DNA of 64,000 bases from a virus. Its lineage: Duplodnaviria > Caudoviricetes. Below, in pieces: positions 21,122-32,589 of the stretch. A program made the translations under genes and the position numbers. How positions within the stretch are numbered: position 1 is the first letter of the stretch; each line of letters begins with the position of its first letter. The stretch lies in IMG/VR virus record IMGVR_UViG_2595698914_000001, positions 103,293-167,292 of that record; one strand, 5' to 3'. The notes beneath the pieces are model-generated. The model searched no databases and was not told where the DNA came from. It was given only the letters and a program-made list of their open reading frames with translations.

Positions 21122-23256
21122 GCTTTACTTTTCCCCTAGAAGAATACGAACGAGATTTCAGTATAACAGATACATATACTAGACAGTTAGCTATTGGTCT
21201 AAGTAGACTACGCAATTGTTCAGTAGAAGAAGCAACTAAGTTTATGCAAGACATACTAGATGCTAATAAAGAACGTATAGATGGTACTACTATCGAATTT
21301 ACCATGCGTCAAAAGAACGGCGACCGTGTAGTAAAGCAAGTACCTATCTTAGATTATCTAAAGAAGATTAATGATTCTTCATTGGGTATGTCACCTACAT
21401 TAACTACATACAAACGACCAGACCAAGAATTAAGTCTAATCGTGGAAGATATAGCCGGTAACATGGCTAAGCGTAAAGTAGTTAAACGTGAAGCACAATT
21501 AGCTAAGCAGGCGGGTGATTCTGTTGTAACGACTATCAAGAATGGTGGTCAGAACGCTATTAAGGTACTAATTAATAGTTGGTCAGGTGCAGCACTAGAT
21601 AAACATAACGTGTTTAACTGTCAGTCCACACATCCGACATTAACATCGATGTGTCGTATATCTACCGCATTAGCTACTGCTTCAGTAGAGAAGTTCTTAG
21701 GTGGTAAACGTTATTACCATAAACCTGAGAAGGTTATTGAAGACATCTTAGCTGTAGTTGATAGAATCGATGTGGCTAAAGTATTAGTTACGGTTAATAA
21801 GTATAAATTAGTTATACCTACAGTAGAACAGGCAATGAATGTTATTAAACGTTCAACTGATTACTATTGGTGGGACGCTAAACAGTTCTCCTTTATAGAA
21901 GAACTAATACGTACTCTTTCTCCAGAAGAACGTACGGCATTTGTTTATGATGGTGACTTCTATCATCTATTTGAATTCAACCATGACTTTACACACAACA
22001 TGCTTACCGAATTAAGTAATACCTTATTCGAAGATGATGTGGAGCGTGAACGCTTTAAGGAAATGGATGACGATATAACTACATTAGTTAGTAACCTTAT
22101 TGGTAACGATATTAAAGGTTCTGCTCTTTGGGATTACTTAGACCCAGAGAAACATCCAGAAGATAACCCTATCCGTAAGAAGGCTAATCAGATAGCTAAC
22201 AACCTACTGGAAGGTTTAGGTAAGTACAAGTTACTTATAACTACTTTCTTTAGAGTTAGTCATTACCCTATAGATGTGGGTGCACAGAATCACTCTATAC
22301 GTGTAACTGTACCTCTGGGTGATACCGATAGTACTATCTTTACAACTAAGCATATTAACGCTAAGTATTACGGTGAAGCTAAGTTTGATGAAGAACAAGA
22401 ACCTGTATCAGATGTTATGGTATACATGGTTAACGGTGTTATCGCACATGCCCTAGGTAACTTTAGTGCACAGATGGGTGTTATGCCTGACCGTCGTAAA
22501 CTTCTAATAATGAAGAACGAATACAAGTTCCCATCAGCTATGCTTACTCCAGTAGCTAAAACATATCATGCGTATGTTAAAGCTCAAGAAGGTCTAGTAT
22601 TTGATAAGCCTGAATTTGAGTTAAAAGGTGCACGCTTTCATGCTGGTGCTAATAACATGGACTTAGTTAAAGAACTACATGACCTAATGGAACGTAACTT
22701 AACTAACCTCAATAAAGGTATTAAGATTAACCGTGGTGAACTGATAGATATAATGCTACGTGTTGAGAACGACATTAAGGCATCATTAGACCGTAAGGAT
22801 AACTTATACTTTAAACGTGTTAAAGTTAAAGACGGTAGTGAATACAAGAATCCTAATTCTAGTGTCTACGCTCACTGTACCTTATGGAATGCTTTGTTTG
22901 GTAACTCTCACGGTAAAGCTAAACCAGACCCACAGTACATGGCTTATAAAGTAGATTTAATCTATAATGACGGCGGTAAAGAATTCATGTCTAGACTATC
23001 TAAGTCTCAGCTGGCTAACTTTGAAACGTGGAAACGTACACACGATAAGAAAGCAGATATGATTCCTAATGCTATCCTAGTTCCTGTAGATAGTTTGTTA
23101 AAGTTCGGTATTCCTGATGTACTTAAGGATTACGCAGACATAGGGAAAATAGCTTCATTTTCTCTCGACCCACACAGACTTAATCTTCAAGCTATGGGTA
23201 TACTAACAGATAAGGCTGATACAGGTACGTTGATTTCAGACATACTTGAACAGTAG
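21118..23256 (+). CDS. DNA polymerase, family-B-like (phiKZ gp50-like)
   Basis: QNAIKVLINSWSG (KxxxNSxxG) and LGDTDS motifs; ELKG. Confidence 0.85.
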   Translation: MSFTFPLEEYERDFSITDTYTRQLAIGLSRLRNCSVEEATKFMQDILDANKERIDGTTIEFTMRQKNGDRVVKQVPILDYLKKINDSSLGMSPTLTTYKRPDQELSLIVEDIAGNMAKRKVVKREAQLAKQAGDSVVTTIKNGGQNAIKVLINSWSGAALDKHNVFNCQSTHPTLTSMCRISTALATASVEKFLGGKRYYHKPEKVIEDILAVVDRIDVAKVLVTVNKYKLVIPTVEQAMNVIKRSTDYYWWDAKQFSFIEELIRTLSPEERTAFVYDGDFYHLFEFNHDFTHNMLTELSNTLFEDDVERERFKEMDDDITTLVSNLIGNDIKGSALWDYLDPEKHPEDNPIRKKANQIANNLLEGLGKYKLLITTFFRVSHYPIDVGAQNHSIRVTVPLGDTDSTIFTTKHINAKYYGEAKFDEEQEPVSDVMVYMVNGVIAHALGNFSAQMGVMPDRRKLLIMKNEYKFPSAMLTPVAKTYHAYVKAQEGLVFDKPEFELKGARFHAGANNMDLVKELHDLMERNLTNLNKGIKINRGELIDIMLRVENDIKASLDRKDNLYFKRVKVKDGSEYKNPNSSVYAHCTLWNALFGNSHGKAKPDPQYMAYKVDLIYNDGGKEFMSRLSKSQLANFETWKRTHDKKADMIPNAILVPVDSLLKFGIPDVLKDYADIGKIASFSLDPHRLNLQAMGILTDKADTGTLISDILEQ

Positions 23257-23387
23257 TAAACGAATATAAGTATATTAGAATTACACATACTCTAATATAT
23301 TTGTACATAGTCCCGTAACAATACGGAACTGATAGTGTGCTTATGTGCGTTATATAGGGTATATTCGGAAACCTAAATATTTATACC

Positions 23388-23408
23388 CCTATATTATATG
23401 AGTGAATT
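23388..23408 (+). promoter_or_regulatory. Putative early promoter of the chimallin-like gene
   Basis: CCTATATTAT-atga-GTGAATT. Confidence 0.7.
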
Positions 23409-23539
23409 GATTAGTGTAATTTAATTGCAAGCACTTAATTAATCAATATATATGTACATATATACAATCTCTCTAGATTCATCTAGGGGGTTACACCTAT
23501 CCCATTTAAAATGTTATAACATAAAGAAGGAAATACCAA

Positions 23540-25312
23540 ATGGTATCAGTAACAGATAAAAGCAAAACTCTTGGTTCTCAAACTCAACAAACTGAGATGC
23601 CACAAATGAATACACAACAAACAGCGTCAGCTCAAGCGGTTGGTTCAGTATTTGACTTATTAGGTTCAGGTCTAGCTAACCATGCCGACGGTTCTCAAGG
23701 TGCTCGCGCAGCAACTATCTTAGCGGAACTTAAAGAGTATCGCGAAAAAGAAAAGATTGCTGACGAATGGCAGACTTCTGTAATCACTCACCAAGATTTA
23801 CCTAATGGTGAAATGGTTGCTATCTTTATTGTAGCAGAAGATGCAGCGTTCATTCATCCAGTTATCTTTGCAGAAGTTGGTGGTCGTACTCAACAGACTT
23901 CTGATTCAGCAAATGGTTTAGCTGGTGTAGTTCGTGAAAGCAAAGTATCAAGTGCATCAATCACTCGTATCCCTGGCTTTAAGAATATCCTACTACAACA
24001 CTTAGTGTCTAAAGGCCATTCTCGTATTCGTAATGTTGATTCAATCTCAATGTGTGGTTGTACTCTTATCCATAAAGATAAGAATATCAAACCAAACAAC
24101 TTACTAGCTAATGCAAGTAATGAAATCTTTGCAGTTGTATCAGCGCGTAATACATTAACTAATCCAGCTACTCGTAAAGTTAGCGATTACTCAGGTACAG
24201 AGCTACACATCGATAGCACATCTGTAGTTGACAAAACAAACATTCATGGCCAACACATCTTCTCTCCAGTAACTCTTACTACGATTGCTCGTACTAAGTC
24301 TACTCTTGAAGGTAGTGCAAATCACCACAACGTTCCAGTTGGTGATGTGAATGGTTACATTGACTTCATGCCGTACAGCCAACCTGCTCGTCAGCAAGAA
24401 CAAATGCAACGTCAACAAAAAGGCGACCCACGTCGTGTTCCTAGCCACAAGCCATTCTTTGTTATTACAGATGAAACTTGGGCTGGCTTTAAGCAAAGTA
24501 CTTCAACTCCAGAAAACTTACTAACGTTATTCATGACGCTTCCTTCAATTGCTGATGGCGCACTATGGGTTCCGCGTATTGTTAATGCGGGTGATACTGG
24601 CTTCAATCCATTATACGACTTTGCGTCTGTTGGTTACGATGAAGATGGTTTCAACAAACCGTTCGAAGAATGTCACGTACCTAACAAGTTCGATTTAAAT
24701 GCACAACGTAACTACGCTAATGATTTCTTCTCTAGCGTATCTATCTGTATGGACTTTGCGTTATCTGGTCCTAACAGTGCAGCTACTAACTTACTATTAG
24801 TTGGTTCTCAGTTGAATCGTTTAATCGAAAACCTAACTGGCGTTCAAGCTAACTTCGCTACTATCGGTAAATCAATGGGTCGTATTCCATTAGGTGATTA
24901 CAGCTTCCAAGGTAAGAAGCGTGATGGTCGTGAGTTACTTAACTACTTTGCATGGGCTAAGTTCGTAAATGGCGACAAGCAGCAGTTACAACGCTGGCAC
25001 ACTTGGTTCGGCGGATACAACGGTCAGAACGAAGAGCGTGTATTTGCAGAACGTCTTAAAATGATGAATGAAATCTCTAACGACACATTCGAGTTACATG
25101 ATACAGCAGAACGTATCATCATCGACGATGCAGTTGTTATGGGTATCCGTAAAGCATTCGAAGCTAACAACGTAACTATCCGCACACAACAAGCGGGTAC
25201 AGTAGGTAATACTGTATATGGTTTCTCTGGTGACTTCGGTGGTGGTATGCAGCAAACGCAGCAAGCTACTGGTGGTATGGGTGCAAGCATCAATACTGTT
25301 GATGTTTGGTAA
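23540..25312 (+). CDS. chmA: Probable chimallin, phage nuclear shell protein (phiKZ gp54-like)
   Basis: 590 aa; lies between DNA polymerase and nvRNAP beta' genes; early promoter and strong codon bias; GYIDF, PFFVIT and RIPLGDY...KRD motifs; Q/G-rich termini. Confidence 0.75.
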   Translation: MVSVTDKSKTLGSQTQQTEMPQMNTQQTASAQAVGSVFDLLGSGLANHADGSQGARAATILAELKEYREKEKIADEWQTSVITHQDLPNGEMVAIFIVAEDAAFIHPVIFAEVGGRTQQTSDSANGLAGVVRESKVSSASITRIPGFKNILLQHLVSKGHSRIRNVDSISMCGCTLIHKDKNIKPNNLLANASNEIFAVVSARNTLTNPATRKVSDYSGTELHIDSTSVVDKTNIHGQHIFSPVTLTTIARTKSTLEGSANHHNVPVGDVNGYIDFMPYSQPARQQEQMQRQQKGDPRRVPSHKPFFVITDETWAGFKQSTSTPENLLTLFMTLPSIADGALWVPRIVNAGDTGFNPLYDFASVGYDEDGFNKPFEECHVPNKFDLNAQRNYANDFFSSVSICMDFALSGPNSAATNLLLVGSQLNRLIENLTGVQANFATIGKSMGRIPLGDYSFQGKKRDGRELLNYFAWAKFVNGDKQQLQRWHTWFGGYNGQNEERVFAERLKMMNEISNDTFELHDTAERIIIDDAVVMGIRKAFEANNVTIRTQQAGTVGNTVYGFSGDFGGGMQQTQQATGGMGASINTVDVW

Positions 25313-25335
25313 TATAGTACGTATAGTACATATGT

Positions 25336-25370
25336 AAAAAGAGTAGGGTTCGCACCCTACTCTTTTTTTT
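25336..25370. terminator. Bidirectional intrinsic terminator
   Basis: AAAAAGAGTAGGGT-tcgc-ACCCTACTCTTTTT between convergent genes. Confidence 0.85.
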
Positions 25371-25378
25371 GTCCGTTT

Positions 25379-26920
25379 TTAAACTAAAACTACGATAGTA
25401 TTAACTAAGTATTCTCGCTTAGAACCATAGAGTAACTTCTTAGGTAATGGTTCCATAGCTTTATATAATGTATTTATATTAACCTCTGTACTTTCTACTC
25501 CCGGAATAGCATCTGGGTTATCTGGCATAGGTAACTCTTCAACAGTCAATGATGGATGTAAACATTTCATAAGACTAGCAGCTAAATCGCCAAACTTAGA
25601 TAAATCACTTACAGCTTCACGTGCTAATAACTCAAGATTATAGAGTAGGGTTATAGTTATGTGATAGTTACCACGTAAGTCTAAGTCATACAGACTCTTA
25701 ACCTGCATATCTTCAGTTAACTCGTATTTCTCTGGGTTCAAACGTACACCGTTCTTAAACACAGATACACATACAGCACCTCTACCGTAATCAAATACAT
25801 AATTACCTAGCACTTTCATATACGGTAATAGTTCAGGATGTAACTCTAAACCTATATCGTTTGATAATGTAGCTAAGTCTAATAGTAACCTAGGTTCTTC
25901 TGAATCGATACCCACCTGTAACTGTATAAGAGGGGATAGTCCTAAAGTGCCGTGTGATAACTTTGCATCATCAAACTTAGGATAAATTATACCATCTTTA
26001 GAATACACATCAACTTCATGTCTACCGTATAATGATAATAAGTTATTCATTAACCCCGTGGTTGTTCTAGGTATAACCTTAACTTCCGCATTCCTATCAC
26101 GGTTAATATCGAAGTACTTACTATTAATATAGTTACTATGAACGAAGATAGGATACTTCTGATACATTATATTAGGCTTATCGTATTTAAATGCTACTTC
26201 TATAGTAGCCTCGTATGAACCGCCTTCAGTTCTGGTAGCTTCAGGAGTTTCATTAGTTACAGATATTGATATATCGGTTAGTAACTCACGCATAACCATA
26301 CTAGCACCTTTACCAACTATATTGGTTTTAAAGTCAAAGCTAGTTGTGGTGTGTTGACTGATGTAATCTATTAAACCTACACCGTATCCATTATTCTTTT
26401 CCATAGATTCCCATACAGCATGAAATACAGCTATACATTCATCTGGGACGGTATACTCATAGGCAACATCAGCGTTAGTATATACTACGCCTTTAGCTAG
26501 TCTATTGTAGTAGTTATTAATCCAGTTATTAACTTCTGACTTACTAGATGCCTTATAATTAAGTTGTAGTAGAATTTCAGTTCTAGGTCTGGTAGGTTTT
26601 AAGAACATACCTATATTAGCATCAGACCATACGGTATCTAACTCATCTGAGGCTACAATGGACGACATTAATATGTCATTTAGTATTTGCTCAGATGCTG
26701 TAACCACTACTTTACTAGCGGTATCTAGTAGTAAGTCATTACTGTTCTTATTAGATACAGTAGAACCAATTTCATGTGTTGACTCAGTGTGGTCAATAAA
26801 TAACATAGTGGTATTTCTATCGAAGAATATATCACGTTTAATTTTTTCTAATACTTGAACAATGATAGGTTTAGTTATCGTTTGTTCTATATTAGGTATT
26901 GGGTATTGTACAAAAGCCAT
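25379..26920 (-). CDS. Probable virion structural protein
   Basis: 513 aa; N-terminal P...EQTITKP and FKYDKP...YP segments recall phiKZ-like virion proteins. Confidence 0.5.
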   Translation of the reverse strand: MAFVQYPIPNIEQTITKPIIVQVLEKIKRDIFFDRNTTMLFIDHTESTHEIGSTVSNKNSNDLLLDTASKVVVTASEQILNDILMSSIVASDELDTVWSDANIGMFLKPTRPRTEILLQLNYKASSKSEVNNWINNYYNRLAKGVVYTNADVAYEYTVPDECIAVFHAVWESMEKNNGYGVGLIDYISQHTTTSFDFKTNIVGKGASMVMRELLTDISISVTNETPEATRTEGGSYEATIEVAFKYDKPNIMYQKYPIFVHSNYINSKYFDINRDRNAEVKVIPRTTTGLMNNLLSLYGRHEVDVYSKDGIIYPKFDDAKLSHGTLGLSPLIQLQVGIDSEEPRLLLDLATLSNDIGLELHPELLPYMKVLGNYVFDYGRGAVCVSVFKNGVRLNPEKYELTEDMQVKSLYDLDLRGNYHITITLLYNLELLAREAVSDLSKFGDLAASLMKCLHPSLTVEELPMPDNPDAIPGVESTEVNINTLYKAMEPLPKKLLYGSKREYLVNTIVVLV

Positions 26921-26971
26921 TTGGGTTAACCTCGTAATTATTATAAATCAAAAACTAAGGAAATAGTTATA

Positions 26972-27502
26972 ATGAAAATCAATAAAGTAAATTCTACTCT
27001 ACTAGCAGAACTTCTAATGTGTCCTACTACAGGCTTATTAATAGCTACGCCAGAAGTGATTACAAACATAGAGTTTGAATCGTTCTTTAATGAACAGACT
27101 AAGGGTAGAGCTTCCGATTTAGTGGTGTTGCAATATATTCCAACTGAAGGTTCAGATGAGGACAATCAGTTTTCATCTATAACACGTTACGGTATTTATA
27201 GTAAGAAGCACAAAGTGAAAGTGATTATTACAGAAGAAGAAGAAGAAATAAAATATAAACCTAAACAGTTACGCGGTCATAGTAAGCTGTACCGTAATGA
27301 GTTAGCTAAAACTCTAAGTACGGGTATATTTAAACGTATGCCTTTCTTACATTTTAATCCAGTTAAGACAGTTACTACCGAATCAATTAACAATACAGAT
27401 AATAATGTAATGGTATTAACTAGTGACAACCGACGTTACATAGAAGCAGATACTAACTACTACGAGATGGATAGAGGTTTCCTTACAATCCATAGAACCT
27501 AA
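26972..27502 (+). CDS. Hypothetical protein
   Basis: AAGGA RBS; 176 aa. Confidence 0.55.
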   Translation: MKINKVNSTLLAELLMCPTTGLLIATPEVITNIEFESFFNEQTKGRASDLVVLQYIPTEGSDEDNQFSSITRYGIYSKKHKVKVIITEEEEEIKYKPKQLRGHSKLYRNELAKTLSTGIFKRMPFLHFNPVKTVTTESINNTDNNVMVLTSDNRRYIEADTNYYEMDRGFLTIHRT

Positions 27503-27515
27503 TATATTATACTTA

Positions 27516-27534
27516 TATATTATACATGTGAGTT
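27516..27534 (+). promoter_or_regulatory. Putative early promoter
   Basis: TATATTAT-acat-GTGAGTT upstream of nvRNAP beta'. Confidence 0.65.
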
Positions 27535-27574
27535 AGGTAATTAATTTTTAATAATAATTTTAAAGGAGTACAGT

Positions 27575-29011
27575 ATGTTAGGTATGAAGCTGCTAAATCT
27601 AAATGATGTATTTAGTAAGTCAGAACTACAACTACATATCAATGATATTGTAAATGGTCCGGGTAAAGATTTGAAAGAGAATCTATATAACGTTTTACCA
27701 AACGGTGGTGAGATTGAATCTTATCCTAGCTGTCGTTGTGGTCATACACGCTATGAAGATATGTTAGGTGAAATATGTCCTCGATGTAATACACCGGTAA
27801 TGCATGATGCGGAACAGAATTTAGAATCTCGTTTCTATATAGCCAAACCAGTAGGTATTAATAAGTTCTTAAATCCTAAGATTTACATGGACTTAGTTGA
27901 AATCTGTAGTATTAATAAAGATACATTTAATCCTATATTCTTCTTAACCATTAGTAACTATAAACCTACTAAAGAACATAAAGCCTACAAAGCAATGTTG
28001 GCTTGGGAGATAGACCGTAGTTGGAATTACTTCGTTGCTAATATACGCACGTTAATTCCTAAAGTTCTTGATTTAATCATAGAAACAACATCTCGTAAGT
28101 TCGACCATGAGATGAAGGCGATGTTGGATTTAATTAATTACGATGATGAGTTAATATACTCTGATGTTATTCCAGTAATTAATAAGTTAATACTAGCCAT
28201 TGAGCAAACAGGTGATATCAAGCGTAAAAGTCCTACTACTGAGAAGTACGGGTTAGCTATAACTGATTTAATATCCTTACCTACTAAACATGGGCCAGGT
28301 ACTAATACAGTTAAACATATACGTAAGGTTAATGATGTATGTGGTAAAGCTTATCGCGGACTTAATGATTTCTATGATGAAACAATTAAGCGTGAAGGTA
28401 AGAAAGGTGGTCTATGTCGTAGTGATACGTTAGGTTTACGTAGTCCATTTACATGGCGTGCTGTAATCGTTCAGATATGTGTTCCTCATCGTGGTGATGA
28501 ATTACATATGCCATATACAGCATGTACATATCTATACGAACCACAGATATTACAGATACTTACCGATGAGTTAGCTATGACTGCTAATGAAGCTCTAAAC
28601 TTCTTAGCTGAACGTAGACGTGTATTCTCTAACGACTTACATAAGATAATGACACGTATTATCTATTCGTATACTGATGAGGGTTCACCAACTTACCATG
28701 TTCGTTATCCAACTCTATATAGTCAATCCGGTCAGTTGCAGTATATTACTGTAATAAAGAAAGACCCAGAAGATAAAACTGTTGGCGTACCAGCAGCTGC
28801 GTTACCTGGATGGAATGGTGATTTTGATGGGGACGAACTAACTGGCTGTATCATTCAAGACATGGCTATCTATAATGGGCTTAAGATTGCTCATCTTAGT
28901 AAGGCATTACTTGATATTAATAACACGTATGAATTTGGTGGCGCTGCTAAGATGCCTGACCCTATTGCACAAATGTGGTGTTCTGCGGTTGCTATTCATA
29001 CAAATAACTAA
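27575..29011 (+). CDS. Non-virion RNAP beta'-like catalytic subunit (phiKZ gp55/56.1-like)
   Basis: Zn ribbon CRCG...CPRC, KKGGLCR, RAVI, RYPTL and catalytic NGDFDGDE. Confidence 0.9.
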   Translation: MLGMKLLNLNDVFSKSELQLHINDIVNGPGKDLKENLYNVLPNGGEIESYPSCRCGHTRYEDMLGEICPRCNTPVMHDAEQNLESRFYIAKPVGINKFLNPKIYMDLVEICSINKDTFNPIFFLTISNYKPTKEHKAYKAMLAWEIDRSWNYFVANIRTLIPKVLDLIIETTSRKFDHEMKAMLDLINYDDELIYSDVIPVINKLILAIEQTGDIKRKSPTTEKYGLAITDLISLPTKHGPGTNTVKHIRKVNDVCGKAYRGLNDFYDETIKREGKKGGLCRSDTLGLRSPFTWRAVIVQICVPHRGDELHMPYTACTYLYEPQILQILTDELAMTANEALNFLAERRRVFSNDLHKIMTRIIYSYTDEGSPTYHVRYPTLYSQSGQLQYITVIKKDPEDKTVGVPAAALPGWNGDFDGDELTGCIIQDMAIYNGLKIAHLSKALLDINNTYEFGGAAKMPDPIAQMWCSAVAIHTNN

Positions 29012-29020
29012 GGAGTAAAA

Positions 29021-30656
29021 ATGGACTTATTTAGTCTAGCGGTTTCTTCAGCAGCTAATCAAGAGTTAAGTGGTATGCTGACTAAGGAATCTCAACTTGT
29101 CCATAGTACACTCTCAGATGAAACCAGAAATATTCTTATGACTACTAATGCTGCTATCATGGCGGCCTCACCTCAAGCAACGCAAAGTCAAGTAGACAGA
29201 GCTAAAGCTATGATTGGTGGTATATTAGACCATAAGCAATTAGAGTCTTTACTGGATATCTATTCTCTACAGACATCTAATCTACATACAGCAAGAACTA
29301 CTTTATCGCATCCTACAATAGCTAACCTACATCGCTTGGGTCAGACTGATGCATATGGTGAGGAATATAATGCGTTACGTAATAACCTATTATATAATCG
29401 TATCCTAAGTGGTTTCTCTGGATTAGACGGAGATATAGATAATCATATAGTGACAAACTACGCAGATAATTACCGTGGCGAATTACTAAAAGACTACGAA
29501 GGTTTCTCCTATATTGAGAAGCAGACTATTCACCGTAACTTTAATGCAGCATTATTTGCTATATTTGATGATGGTGAAGATATCGGCTCAGTACATGGCG
29601 GTACATTCTAAATCGATGTTATTGGATACGGGGGTAATTCCTCGTATCCTTTACATTATAAAATAATTATTTTTTACACTACAAGAGGTTATGTTTAGGC
29701 TAACCTTATTGGAGTTATGATGAAAGCGAAAGTATATACATTAGTTGGGTCTACTGAGAGTCCTCTGGTAGCCTTAGATATATTATTAAGCTATTACTTT
29801 AAAGCGTTGAAGAGTAGTAGTAGTATTGTTCAGAATGAAGTATTTAGTCTTATATGGGATATAAACACTGCACGTAATAACACAGGTATAATAACTAATA
29901 TTACTAATAGTTTGGTTTATATACTTAATAAACATTTTGACACAGCAACAGTCGATGTAACAGTTACGGGTTCTTCTTCTAATTATGAAATTTCAATCGC
30001 TATTGCTTTAAAAGACAATGGTGTGAATATAAATGTAGGTAAATTAGTAACCGCGTCAAATACACGCATTGAAAAATTAGTAGATATATCAGAAAAAGGA
30101 ACACGTTAAGATGGCCAGAGCAAACACAGAAGAACTTAATAAGTTACTAGGCACAGTTGTTGAGACTGTAGACCAGATGACTAAAACAGAAATCACAGAA
30201 CATGACTTTGCTAAAAACTTCCTACCTGTAGTATTAGCGTTACATAATGGTCAAGAACCAGTACTAGCTGGATGGGCTGCTAGAACGGGTAGTATCTATA
30301 ATGGCTTTACTGTATTAAGTGATGATACTGGCGAAGAGATATTTACCACACCGGGTATTTATCCTAACGCATCGTTTATGGTTAATGGTGGTATGCGTAA
30401 TATGATGCTTGATGTATCTCACGCTCAAAAATTAAAACTAGACCCCACAACCGCATACGGTCAACATTTAAATTCAGATAACGCTCAATTAGCAATGGAT
30501 AGTGGTGGTAAACATTTAATTGAATGGTATCGTATCTTCTCACGTTATGGTATTCGGATGGTGAATACTGAAACTAGTAAAATAGAAGACAGTGCGTTAA
30601 GTAAAACAGAAGCTCCTACTAATATGTTAGATTGGGACGATAATGAGTTTGCCTAA
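29021..30656 (+). CDS. Three hypothetical proteins (29021-29611, 29717-30109, 30111-30656)
   Basis: RBS-preceded ORFs in the block between nvRNAP beta' and the SbcD-like gene. Confidence 0.6.
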
Positions 30657-31776
30657 GAAACTTGGGGCGATTGTTGTAAGTGACCTACACCTCAATCATC
30701 CTAAGTTATCCACGGATAGAATGGTAAACTCACTAATTAAAAATATTAGCACATCGTACAATTCAACGATAACACATTTAATTATACCGGGTGATGTCTT
30801 TGATAGACCAGTTCAATTAGATACGGTTGCAGGTAAAGGTATTACTCGTTTTATATCTTTCGTATTAGAGTTTTCGTGTAAGCATGACTTAGTTCTACTA
30901 GTATTAAAAGGTACTGGTTCACATGACGGTGAGCAAAGTGACCATTTTGTTAGTATGAATGAAGGTAGACTGGTTAAAGCAGACTTAACTTATGTTGATA
31001 AGATTAGTGTGTTCACTGACCGTCTTGGTATTAGTTGGTTAGGTGTTCCTGATGAAGCTACACCTAGCGCAGCTCAAACCCAAGCTGAAATCGAATCTTT
31101 AATGAAAGAAAAAGGTATTAGTAAAGTTCATATGGGATTAACCCATGGACTATACAATACTCATAATTTAAATGGTATCGTCGATGACCACGCACACGAC
31201 ACTGAGTTCTATGAGTCTGTCGTGGAGTATATCATTCTCAATGGTCATATACACCATCCAAGTCAACACGGTCGTTTAGTTACTATTGGTAGTCATGATA
31301 GAAATCGTCATGGTGAAGAAGAAGCTAAAGGTGGACTTAGAGTTCATATCGACTTTAAAAAGAACACAACGCAGTTAGAGTTTAGAGAGAATAAAGAAGC
31401 GGCTTTATTTGTAACCTATGAGATTAAGAGTGAGGTTATTAAGACAGCTTACCGTGAAGTAGATAAGTTTCTTATTTCTCATCCTATTGTAGCTGGTGGT
31501 TTTTTAAGGTTAGCATATAAAGATACTCTAAACATTAACGACCTTGTAAGACTATTACAAGATAAGTATCATCCAGATATAGAGTTCTCTACTAAGAAAT
31601 TAGAGACAGTAGATAATAGTAATCATCTTAATGAGCGTGTGGTGGAATTCGATAAGATAGATACTACACCAATTACTAAGTCGACGGTTACTAATCTTTT
31701 AGATGATAAGTTAAAAAGACTTGGGTATGAGGATACTAGTTTATATTTGGAGGAATTTAATAAACTAATTCAATAA
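30643..31776 (+). CDS. sbcD: SbcD/Mre11-like metallophosphoesterase nuclease
   Basis: SDLH, GDVFD, GTGSHD, THG and NGHIH motifs. Confidence 0.85.
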   Translation: MSLPKKLGAIVVSDLHLNHPKLSTDRMVNSLIKNISTSYNSTITHLIIPGDVFDRPVQLDTVAGKGITRFISFVLEFSCKHDLVLLVLKGTGSHDGEQSDHFVSMNEGRLVKADLTYVDKISVFTDRLGISWLGVPDEATPSAAQTQAEIESLMKEKGISKVHMGLTHGLYNTHNLNGIVDDHAHDTEFYESVVEYIILNGHIHHPSQHGRLVTIGSHDRNRHGEEEAKGGLRVHIDFKKNTTQLEFRENKEAALFVTYEIKSEVIKTAYREVDKFLISHPIVAGGFLRLAYKDTLNINDLVRLLQDKYHPDIEFSTKKLETVDNSNHLNERVVEFDKIDTTPITKSTVTNLLDDKLKRLGYEDTSLYLEEFNKLIQ

Positions 31777-31788
31777 GGGTAATTCCAA

Positions 31789-32589
31789 ATGGAAGAAAAG
31801 GTAATATATCATGTGGGTGTATACGGTCTGTCGTGGCCCACAGACACCATTCTTGATAATGAAACATCAATGGGTAAGGTTAAAGATACAACCGTATACG
31901 TTAATCTACAGACCCTAGTACGTAATGCCTTAAACTCATTTGACGATAAGGATAATCTAAAGAACGCACTTAAAACAATTAAAGATAGAATTGATAGCGA
32001 TATATCTTTAATGAAAGATTTTTTCAGTAGTAATAATAATACAGAGGTGATTGTATATCATGCTATGTATAATAATCTACATCATAATGCGTTTGTTAAG
32101 TTAGTTAAACCTAAGACGGATAAGAACGCTGAACGGAAAAAGATAACCGATGAAGCAGTTGAATTAGTTAAAGAGTTAGCTGACCTAACAATAACTAAAG
32201 GTATACTAAGTAATCCTAATCAGGGTACTGGTAAAACTGAATACTTAATAACACATTTACCCCTGGACTTACTACAAGTTAATACCTTTACTAAATTAAA
32301 TCTACTGGAGAGTTTTACTGGAGACATTAGAACATTCAAGGAGTTTAATAGTAAGTTGAACTTTAAGAAAGAACTAAGAGAATATATACCACTAACCGCT
32401 ACAACTTTAAGAGTGTTTGGTGATTCTCATATGTTCGCTCCGTTAGATAAAAAGGTTAAGGATATAGTTATAGCTACTGCTAAGAAGTTTGGCTGGACTC
32501 CATTAACCACAGATTCACGTGTTTTATTCTGTATAAAACGTGAGGATAAACCACTATACGATATACTTAAGAATATAGGTAGATTGTAA
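31789..32589 (+). CDS. Conserved hypothetical protein, possibly PIN/5'-nuclease-like fold
   Basis: VNLQTLVRN, ITHLPLDLL, LLESFTG and VFGD motifs; between sbcD and ssb. Confidence 0.5.
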   Translation: MEEKVIYHVGVYGLSWPTDTILDNETSMGKVKDTTVYVNLQTLVRNALNSFDDKDNLKNALKTIKDRIDSDISLMKDFFSSNNNTEVIVYHAMYNNLHHNAFVKLVKPKTDKNAERKKITDEAVELVKELADLTITKGILSNPNQGTGKTEYLITHLPLDLLQVNTFTKLNLLESFTGDIRTFKEFNSKLNFKKELREYIPLTATTLRVFGDSHMFAPLDKKVKDIVIATAKKFGWTPLTTDSRVLFCIKREDKPLYDILKNIGRL

